Source: Bacteroidota bacterium (GTDB lineage Bacteria > Bacteroidota > Bacteroidia > CAIKAF01). Taken from it: 64,000 nucleotides of DNA. Each line of letters opens with the position of its first letter. Positions within the stretch are counted from its first letter, which is position 1. Position numbers and translations under genes: made by a program. Below the pieces are notes generated by a model. That model was not told the origin of the DNA and did no database searches. It saw only the letters and a list, made by a program, of their open reading frames with translations. Below, piece after piece: positions 56,625-64,000 of the stretch. The stretch covers positions 25,778 through 89,777 of the forward strand of contig VGMT01000006.1 in the NCBI GenBank assembly GCA_016866335.1, written 5' to 3'.

Positions 56625-59600
56625 ATGTTCAAACACGTACTTCACCAAATCGGACGATTGAGCTTTTTAGCCTTTATTGGCTGGGCTTCAATCGCGCATT
56701 CCAATGCCCAATGTGTAAATCCTGCGACCCCAACAGCGGCTGTTCAGGCGGCCAATTGCGGCCAAACAGCCACCTTAACCGCCAGTGGCTCCACAGGGAA
56801 TTATACCTGGTATAATGTTCCTATCGGCGGTACGGCTCTAGCCCAAGGAAACACGTTCACTACTCCCGTTTTGTATGGCACTACTACCTATTATGTGGCT
56901 GCTTACCAATCGGGCAACCCTTCTTGCTTAAGCTCTCGGGTTGCGTTGATTGTTAGCCCAACTCCTTTGGCCTCGCCATCGGTTCAAGGAGCCACTGTAA
57001 CCTGCGGATCCTCCGCTACCATTTATGCTGCCGGCTCTACCGGCAACTACTTTTGGTATGCTGGCCCCAGCGGTGGTCCTGTATTAGCAACGGGCGGTTC
57101 GTTTACCGCTTCGGTTACCCAAACAACTATTTTTTATGTAGAAGCGGCCAGTACGGCCAATCCCATTCAGACTGCTACCTTTAATTATACAGGAGGTCAA
57201 CAAAACTGGACCGTTCCTGCGGGTGTTTTTAGCATCGATTTCGATGTGCGCGGCGCTCAGGGAGGAACAAATGCATGGAACAACGGCGGAACCGGCGGTC
57301 GAGTTACTGGTAAATTGGCCGTTACCCCTGGCCAAACCATTTACTTTTATGTTGGCCAACAACCTGGAAGCGGCGGATGTTGCAACTACATTTCAGCTCC
57401 CGGTGGCTGGAATGGAGGCGGAGCAGGTTACTCCTATTATAATGGCGACCAAGCCCGTGGCGGTGGTGGCGCTTCCGATATTCGTGTGGGTGGAACAGGT
57501 ACCAACAACCGCGTTGTGGTGGCTGGTGGCGGTGGCGGTGCCGGTGGTCAAGCCTGCAACGGAAACCAAGATAGGGGAGGAAACGGTGGCGGTTTAACCG
57601 GCCAGTCAGGATGGCGCTGCAGCAGCAATGACCTTTGCTACGTAGGCTCGGGTGGTTCACAAAGCGCAGGTGGCCAGGGTGCCCAGTGCGGAAGCGGACA
57701 AAACGGTTCCTTGGCTCAAGGCGGTAACGCTTGGGGTGCATACCAAAATTACTGCTGCCCTTATCCCGCTGGCGGTGGTGGCGGTGGTTACTACGGCGGC
57801 GGCGGCGGTTACAACTACGGCGGTGGCGGTGGTGGATCTAGCTATGCAAACCCCAACAGCACCAACAGCGTGGCCCACGTTCAAGGATTTCAATCAGGAC
57901 ACGGTCAAATTATTATCAATTATATTACTCCTTACTGCGTTAGCGCCCGCGTACCTGTGCAGGTCGCTACCACTCCCATTCCAAACCCAACAGTGGCTGC
58001 TGCCAACTTAACCTGCGGCGATACAGCTTTGTTGCAAGCAACCGGTACCGGTTTCTTTAATTGGTACAGCGCTTCAACCGGCGGAACCCTTTTGCAAGGC
58101 AACTCAGCCAACTACAGCATTCCTTTCGTTACCGATAGCATGACCGTTTGGGTAGAAGCTCTTTCAACGGCCAACCCAAGTGGTTCGGTTAACTTTTCTT
58201 ACACCGGCGGAACCCAAACTTGGGTCGTTCCTGCGGGCGTTTATTCAGTGGTGGTTGACGCTAAAGGAGCACAGGGCGGAACCCCAAGTTGCAACAGCGG
58301 TTCAACCGGCGGCAATGGGGGGCGTGTGCAAGCTACTTTAGCCGTTACACCTGGGCAAACCCTGTACATCAATGTGGGTGGAACAACAACCACCCCTAAT
58401 GCCGGCTGGAACGGCGGAGGTCAAGGCGGTACAGTATCTTGCAACAGCATCTGCCAAAGTGCTGGTGGTGGTGGCGGAACCGATTTGCGCGCCGGTGGTC
58501 AAACGCTGAACAACCGCGTTCTTGTTGCCGGCGGCGGCGGCGGCGGCGGTTCATGGTGCAACAGCGAGCGTGGTGGCGCTGGCGGTGGAACAACAGGCCA
58601 ACAAGGCTACCGTTGCAACAGCCAAGACTGCTACACAGGTACTGGCGGTTCTCAAACCGCAGGAGGCCAAGCTGGAAACTGCTGCAACACAGGTCAAAAC
58701 GGAGCCTTCGGAATTGGTGGCGATGCCTATCAGTGTGCTTATGCCGGCGGTGGCGGCGGTGGTTGGTATGGTGGCGGCGGTGGTACCGGTTGCTGGAGCG
58801 GCGGCGGCGGCGGCGGCGGCTCATCGTACGCCGATCCTAACCTTTGCTCTAATGTAACCCACAATCAAGGAACTCAAACTGGAAATGGAGAACTTAGCCT
58901 TTCATACACGGTACCCTATTGCCAAAGCCAAAGGGTGGCTGTAAACGTAAATGTGAATCCACTTACAGCTCCAACCAATGTTATCGGAGATAGCGTACTT
59001 TGCGGACAAACGGCTGTGGTTTCTGCTACTCCAGCCAATACTCCCGTTCATTGGTATCCCGACCTTACCAACAATACTCCTATTGCCATTGGTTCAAGCG
59101 TGTTCCTGCCTGCCATGTATGGCTCTGATACCTTGTATGCAACTTCAGCAAGAACCAATACGCTTTCAGGTACGCACACGTTTTCGTACACGGGTGCAGT
59201 TCAAACCTGGACAGTACCCGCAGGAATCACTTCGGTTTCTGTTGATATGTCAGGCGCAGAAGGTGGAGCTGCAGTATCGAACCCTTCTCAAAACTTAGGG
59301 GGAAAAGGTGGTCGGGTTCAAACAACCCTTTCAGTAACCCCAGGTCAATTGCTTTATATTTACGTGGGTGAAAAACCCAGCGCCACCACAGGTGGGTGGA
59401 ACGGCGGCGGCAACGGCGGCGGCAACAGCGGCGGCGGCGGCGGCGGTACCGACATTCGTTTGGGCGGCCAAAACTTCTCAGATCGAATTTTAAGTGCTGG
59501 TGCAGGCGGTGGTGCCGGTTGGGCTTGCGGCAACAACGACTATGGTGGAGATGGCGGCGGCAACGGAAATGCGGCAAACGGAATTCGCTGCGGACAGCAA

Positions 59601-62600
59601 AACAATTGCCATTGTGGTTTTGGAGCTTCCCCAACTGCCGGAGGCCAGGCTTCTCAGTGCGGTTGCAACAACCAAAGCGAATACGGTTCTTTAGGTAAAG
59701 GTGGAAATTTTGATAACTGCTACGCAAACGGCGGCGGCGGCGGCGGCGGTCATTATGGCGGCGGCGGCGGCGGGGACGGCGGCGGCGGCGGCGGTTCTAG
59801 TTTCGCTAACCAACAACTAACCTCCAACACCGTTCATACCCAAGGCTACAGAACCGGGCATGGCGAAGTTGTAATTTCGTACAACACTACACTTATCTGT
59901 CAAAGCGCGCGCATACCTGCAGTTGTTCACATCGATTCACTTCCTGCTCCAACAGTGAGTGCGGGCGTTCTATTCTGCGATCAAGGAAGCACCACATTCA
60001 ATGTAAGCGGCGGACCAAATACAGATTACCGCTGGTTCGATGGATTTAGTGGAAGTTTGGTTGGTTTGGGTACCTCGTACACCACTCCAGTTTTAACCCA
60101 AACCGATACCCTGTTCGTATTGTATATGCAGAACGGTTGCCCTTCAAAATACGACATGGGCATTGTAACCATTGTGCCAACTCCACGGGTGGATGTACTG
60201 CCAATGGGGCCCTTCTGCAGCAGCGATGCGCCCATCAACGGAACGCTAGGGTTGGTATACAACACAGGTACAATGACCTTTACCAATGCAGGAAAAACCG
60301 GGCAAAATGGACCAACGCAGTTGGATGCCGACAATGCCTATGGCCCTGGGGTGGTAAATGTGGTAAGCGGTATTCAACAATGGACCGTGCCTGTAACCGG
60401 CAGCTACACCATCGAGGCATTTGGAGCCAGCGGCGGCGATGTTAACTCAAGCAATTTAGGCGGACTTGGCGCTCGTATGCGTGGAAATTTCCAGCTGCAA
60501 GCAGGCCAAACTCTTAATATGATGGTAGGGCAAATGGGCTCTTCACCCTCTGACCAACAATACCATGGTGGTGGCGGTGGTGGTGGAACGTTCGTTACCG
60601 TTGGAAACTTCCCTGCGACTGCGAACCCATTAATCGCAGCTGGCGGCGGCGGCGGCGGAACGGCCTATTACCAAAACGTAAACCAACCTGGCAATGGTGG
60701 TCAAACCACCAACAACGGCGACAACGGAGGTAATCCTGGAGATTACTGCGACAGCGGCGGTGGTGGTTTTGATGGTAACTCCACCTGCAACGGCAATGCC
60801 AAGTCCTATAAGAATGGTGGCAAAGGCGGCCAAAGTAACTATGCCGGACACGGAGGCTTTGGCGGCGGTGGAGCTTCAATACACCACCCCGGCGGCGGCG
60901 GCGGCGGCTACGAAGGCGGTCAAGGTGGATTTAACCACAGCTCAAACACTGCCCGTGGAGGTGGTTCCTACAACATCGGTACCAACCAAAGCAATACCGC
61001 CAATGCCAACCTTGGCCATGGTCGGGTTGTAATTACTGGCCCAATGACCTCTCAGCCTTCTACCAGTGGAGGAGTGTGGACCGGCACAGGTGTGGTAGAT
61101 AGCGTTTTGGGAACCTTTGACCCAGGTCAAGCCCAAATTGGAAACAACACCTTTGTTTACAGCGTCAACAACAGCGGTTGCATCGGTGCCGATTCGGTAA
61201 CCATCAATGTGATTCAAGGACCCGATGCTACCATAACTACACCCGCAGCTACCTATTGCGATTACGATGCTCAAGACACCTTAGTAGCATTGAATCCAAA
61301 TGGTACGTGGTCTGGAACAGGCATTACAGGAAACAACACCCAAGCTTATTTTACCCCTTCTGCCAACGGTGCCGGCACCTACTATGCCAAATACACCATT
61401 GTAGATAATGCCTCTGGTTGTACCGACCGCGACAGCGTTATGCTGCTGGTGAATCCAAGCCCCAACGCTGGACTTCTTTCGCCCAGTTTGTTGTGCTCTA
61501 ACGGAGCTCCAACCAACCTGCAGCCGCAAACTCCCGGCGGTACATTTAGCGGTAACGGTATTGTGAATGCTCAGTTGGGAACGTTTGACCCCACAAACAA
61601 CGTGGTAGGAAGCAGCCAAGTGTATTATACCGTAACCGTGAACAACTGTACAGCCAACGATAGCCTAACCGTGGTGGTGAATCAAGCTCCCAATGCGAGC
61701 TTCGTGAACCCTCCCGCTCAGGTCTGCGAACAAGGCAACACCGTTTACTTGGCTAACGTTAGTCCTGGTGGCTTCTGGGCCGGAAATGGAATTTCCAACC
61801 AAATGTCAAGCGCCTTTACTCCTTCTATTGCTGGTCAAGGTATGGCAACAGTTACTTACCAGGTTTCCAACCAGTATTGCACCGACTACGATACGGCTTT
61901 CATCTTTGTTTTTGGAAACCCAACCGTTACCCTTGCCGGTTCTAATAACCAGGTGTTGTGTGCCAACAGCAACTTGGTGCTGAATGCTTCTGGAGCCAGC
62001 GTTTACAACTGGTACAACAATGGCAACCTAATCAATGGTGCATTTGGTCCTACGTACACCGTTACGACTCCAGGTACCTATTCTGTTAAAGGAACCAACA
62101 TCAACGGTTGCCCAGACTTCTCGCAAGACGTTGTGGTTACGGCCGGAGCTCAACCCATTATTTACCAAATCAACGTGCCTACTGTATGCGAAGGCAATCC
62201 GACCACATTTACCCAGACTTCAGCTCCGGGCAATGGCAATACCTTGGTTTCATTTAACTGGAACTTTGGTAATGGAAACAACGGGACAGGCTTTACCGCC
62301 TCTGAAACCTATGCTCAGCCTGGAACCTACAATGCCATGTTGACTGTAACCAACACCGATGGCTGTTCCGACAGCATGATGCAAGTGGTTCAAGTTTGGG
62401 CCAAGCCTTTAATTGACTCCATTATGGCGGTCAACAACTGTTACCCTAGCCCAACTACCTTGAACTCCTATGTTTCTGGCCCCTCTATCGCGTCTTGGAA
62501 CTGGAGCATCAGTGGGCAGAACCCGGCCCTTGGTCCTTCGCCTGTAATCAACTTCCCAAGCCAGGGTACCTTCAATTATATTTTGACGGTAACCAGCACC

Positions 62601-63401
62601 GATGGTTGTGTAAGCACCAAGGATAGTTCAATCACGATTTATCCAAGGCCTACTGCCAATTTTGTTGCCAGCGATGTGTGCCAGTACGATTCCTTGCAGT
62701 TCACCGATTTGTCTAGCGGCAACGTGGCTTTCTGGAACTGGAATTTTGGTCAGGCTACCGATACGGTTGCCAATCCAATGTACGCCTTCAGTTCAACAGG
62801 AAACATTCCCGTAACCCTTACGGTAACTACGCCTGATGGCTGTTCTGATGCCATTACACAAACGGTGTTTGTACGTCTTACTCCAACTTCAACTTGGTTT
62901 AGCAACAACGTAGGCATTGATCAGTTGACCTTCAATCCAACAGTGTATCCGTTGTTCGGTGGCAACTTCTACTGGACCTTTGGTGATGGAACCAGCAGTT
63001 TTGCTCCTATACCTACCAAGACCTATGCAAACTCGGGTTGGTACACCGTTTGTTTAACGGTTGAGAAAGAGGGTTGCGAATCAACTTCGTGCGATTCGGT
63101 TCGTGCCTACGACATCTTTAGCATTGCTGAATTGGATGGCGGTCAAGGAGTTCATGTGTATCCAAATCCATTTGGTCAGGAGTTCAACATGGCCTTTACC
63201 TTAACTCAAGGAGCCGAAGTAACTGCCGACATCCGCGACATGGCTGGTCGTTTGTTGGGCGACTTTGATTTTGGTCAGTTTCCTGTAGGAACGCACCGTT
63301 TACCGGTTCGCACCGAGGCCATGGATTTTTCTGCTGGAATTTACCTGTTGAATGTGCATATCAATGGACAGACATTGGTAACCCGAATTGTGAAAGACTA
63401 A
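56625..63401 (+). CDS. Giant (2258-aa) T9SS-secreted surface protein. It has four tandem ALK/LTK-type glycine-rich domains separated by Cys-bracketed Ig-like linkers, then Ig-like and PKD domains, then a type-A T9SS C-terminal sorting domain.
   Basis: It has a signal peptide. Modules with 'F.YTGG.Q.W.VPAGV...GA.GG...GGRV...TPGQ.LY..VG' followed by poly-Gly runs and ending 'GHG.vvI.Y' start at about nt 57171, 58187, 59172 and 60330. Module 4 contains 'PLIAAGGGGGG', 'GGFGGGG', 'GGGGGGYEGG' and 'GHGRVVITG', which closely parallel the ALK glycine-rich domain. PKD motifs 'FNWNFGNGN', 'WNWSISG', 'FWNWNFG' and 'FYWTFGDGTS' follow. The CTD is '...AGIYLLNVHINGQTLVTRIVKD'. Confidence 0.8.
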   Translation: MFKHVLHQIGRLSFLAFIGWASIAHSNAQCVNPATPTAAVQAANCGQTATLTASGSTGNYTWYNVPIGGTALAQGNTFTTPVLYGTTTYYVAAYQSGNPSCLSSRVALIVSPTPLASPSVQGATVTCGSSATIYAAGSTGNYFWYAGPSGGPVLATGGSFTASVTQTTIFYVEAASTANPIQTATFNYTGGQQNWTVPAGVFSIDFDVRGAQGGTNAWNNGGTGGRVTGKLAVTPGQTIYFYVGQQPGSGGCCNYISAPGGWNGGGAGYSYYNGDQARGGGGASDIRVGGTGTNNRVVVAGGGGGAGGQACNGNQDRGGNGGGLTGQSGWRCSSNDLCYVGSGGSQSAGGQGAQCGSGQNGSLAQGGNAWGAYQNYCCPYPAGGGGGGYYGGGGGYNYGGGGGGSSYANPNSTNSVAHVQGFQSGHGQIIINYITPYCVSARVPVQVATTPIPNPTVAAANLTCGDTALLQATGTGFFNWYSASTGGTLLQGNSANYSIPFVTDSMTVWVEALSTANPSGSVNFSYTGGTQTWVVPAGVYSVVVDAKGAQGGTPSCNSGSTGGNGGRVQATLAVTPGQTLYINVGGTTTTPNAGWNGGGQGGTVSCNSICQSAGGGGGTDLRAGGQTLNNRVLVAGGGGGGGSWCNSERGGAGGGTTGQQGYRCNSQDCYTGTGGSQTAGGQAGNCCNTGQNGAFGIGGDAYQCAYAGGGGGGWYGGGGGTGCWSGGGGGGGSSYADPNLCSNVTHNQGTQTGNGELSLSYTVPYCQSQRVAVNVNVNPLTAPTNVIGDSVLCGQTAVVSATPANTPVHWYPDLTNNTPIAIGSSVFLPAMYGSDTLYATSARTNTLSGTHTFSYTGAVQTWTVPAGITSVSVDMSGAEGGAAVSNPSQNLGGKGGRVQTTLSVTPGQLLYIYVGEKPSATTGGWNGGGNGGGNSGGGGGGTDIRLGGQNFSDRILSAGAGGGAGWACGNNDYGGDGGGNGNAANGIRCGQQNNCHCGFGASPTAGGQASQCGCNNQSEYGSLGKGGNFDNCYANGGGGGGGHYGGGGGGDGGGGGGSSFANQQLTSNTVHTQGYRTGHGEVVISYNTTLICQSARIPAVVHIDSLPAPTVSAGVLFCDQGSTTFNVSGGPNTDYRWFDGFSGSLVGLGTSYTTPVLTQTDTLFVLYMQNGCPSKYDMGIVTIVPTPRVDVLPMGPFCSSDAPINGTLGLVYNTGTMTFTNAGKTGQNGPTQLDADNAYGPGVVNVVSGIQQWTVPVTGSYTIEAFGASGGDVNSSNLGGLGARMRGNFQLQAGQTLNMMVGQMGSSPSDQQYHGGGGGGGTFVTVGNFPATANPLIAAGGGGGGTAYYQNVNQPGNGGQTTNNGDNGGNPGDYCDSGGGGFDGNSTCNGNAKSYKNGGKGGQSNYAGHGGFGGGGASIHHPGGGGGGYEGGQGGFNHSSNTARGGGSYNIGTNQSNTANANLGHGRVVITGPMTSQPSTSGGVWTGTGVVDSVLGTFDPGQAQIGNNTFVYSVNNSGCIGADSVTINVIQGPDATITTPAATYCDYDAQDTLVALNPNGTWSGTGITGNNTQAYFTPSANGAGTYYAKYTIVDNASGCTDRDSVMLLVNPSPNAGLLSPSLLCSNGAPTNLQPQTPGGTFSGNGIVNAQLGTFDPTNNVVGSSQVYYTVTVNNCTANDSLTVVVNQAPNASFVNPPAQVCEQGNTVYLANVSPGGFWAGNGISNQMSSAFTPSIAGQGMATVTYQVSNQYCTDYDTAFIFVFGNPTVTLAGSNNQVLCANSNLVLNASGASVYNWYNNGNLINGAFGPTYTVTTPGTYSVKGTNINGCPDFSQDVVVTAGAQPIIYQINVPTVCEGNPTTFTQTSAPGNGNTLVSFNWNFGNGNNGTGFTASETYAQPGTYNAMLTVTNTDGCSDSMMQVVQVWAKPLIDSIMAVNNCYPSPTTLNSYVSGPSIASWNWSISGQNPALGPSPVINFPSQGTFNYILTVTSTDGCVSTKDSSITIYPRPTANFVASDVCQYDSLQFTDLSSGNVAFWNWNFGQATDTVANPMYAFSSTGNIPVTLTVTTPDGCSDAITQTVFVRLTPTSTWFSNNVGIDQLTFNPTVYPLFGGNFYWTFGDGTSSFAPIPTKTYANSGWYTVCLTVEKEGCESTSCDSVRAYDIFSIAELDGGQGVHVYPNPFGQEFNMAFTLTQGAEVTADIRDMAGRLLGDFDFGQFPVGTHRLPVRTEAMDFSAGIYLLNVHINGQTLVTRIVKD

Positions 63402-63421
63402 TAAAGTCAATTTGAATTCGA

Positions 63422-63452
63422 AAGGCCGCCCAATTGGGCGGCCTTTTTTTGG
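63422..63452 (+). terminator. Rho-independent terminator of the giant gene
   Basis: The stem aaggccgccc / gggcggcctt has loop aatt and is followed by T8. Confidence 0.8.
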
Positions 63453-63537
63453 ACTATTGGTCAGGTTTGTTTCGGATTTATGGTCCTGTTTTTTGAATAC
63501 CATCGGTTTGTTTGCCACTTGGGCATCAATCGCCCCC

Positions 63538-63921
63538 CTACAACCCCCGCATACTAAACCTCAACCGCACCCGGGTAGCCCCAATTCCGTATTCAGCGTA
63601 GGGGGCTGCTTCTAAATCCAACCAATTGCGGTGTTCGTATTCTTGCCAAATAGCCTCTTTTAGTTTGCCTTCGCCCACCCCATGAATCAAAATCACTTCT
63701 TTGCAACGTCTGCCCAGGGCCCAATACAAAAACACCCGGACATGCTCCAATTGGATTTTTAAGGCCTCCCCGCGCTTGGGCATTCGGCCCTGAGGATACA
63801 AGGCCGGCAAATGCAAATCCAACTCATACACCCCACGGGCCGAAATAGGGTAGGGGCTGCTTTGTTTTTTGGCTTTTTCAATGGGTTTTTCCTTCCCCTG
63901 ACCCATTTTGGCTCGGCCCAC
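63538..63921 (-). CDS. Smr-domain protein
   Basis: It has 'YELDLHLPALYPQG...' and 'VILIHGVGEGKLKEAIWQ', which match the Smr (MutS2 C-terminal-like) signature. Confidence 0.55.
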   Translation of the reverse strand: MGRAKMGQGKEKPIEKAKKQSSPYPISARGVYELDLHLPALYPQGRMPKRGEALKIQLEHVRVFLYWALGRRCKEVILIHGVGEGKLKEAIWQEYEHRNWLDLEAAPYAEYGIGATRVRLRFSMRGL

Positions 63922-64000
63922 TTTGGGAAAACTGGGCTTTTTTTCCCAGATTATTTCTGGTGGCTTTGTTTCTGGAATCTGGGGCAGGTCTGGGGCAGCA

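Noticed and set aside
56625-63401. Dozens of antisense or alternate-frame ORFs inside the giant gene, for example 58396..58824, 59227..59727 and 60942..61274
   Set aside because: They are produced by GGC/GGT-rich Gly coding on the sense strand, which gives Arg/Trp/Pro-rich frames. A single 6.8-kb frame with coherent domain structure explains the region.

Overview
The window reads as a chromosomal segment of a Bacteroidota genome, probably a gliding, T9SS-bearing Cytophagia- or Flavobacteriia-like organism. Most genes are housekeeping: asnS, tig, clpP, clpX, pntAA/pntAB/pntB, folE, a deoxynucleoside kinase, pepT, rRNA methyltransferases, a fatty-acid-CoA ligase and kdtA. A tmRNA (ssrA) gene and a tRNA-Leu(UAG) are present. 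Two surface-glycan loci appear: a pseudaminic-acid-like operon (pseB, pseC, a pseF/spsF-like gene, pseI and a GT42/DUF115-like transferase) and a Wbp-like UDP-sugar block (a DegT-family aminotransferase, ugd, uxs, wbpD-like, wbpA/tviB-like, rfbB). Several T9SS-related genes are present: a CTD-bearing peptidoglycan amidase, and an operon of a type-B-CTD cargo protein, a PorP/SprF gene and a PorE-like gene. Four things stand out. (1) A 2258-aa T9SS cargo protein carries four tandem ALK/LTK-type glycine-rich domains plus PKD domains. (2) Three 53-aa genes sit in tandem, each with an internal triple 'DIIVDEIAH' repeat; their substitution pattern supports coding. (3) A GC-rich ~150-bp structured repeat occurs in at least 8 intergenic copies in both orientations. 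(4) A 70-bp tandem repeat array lies immediately downstream of ssrA. All calls are from reading the sequence and translations; no database searches were run.
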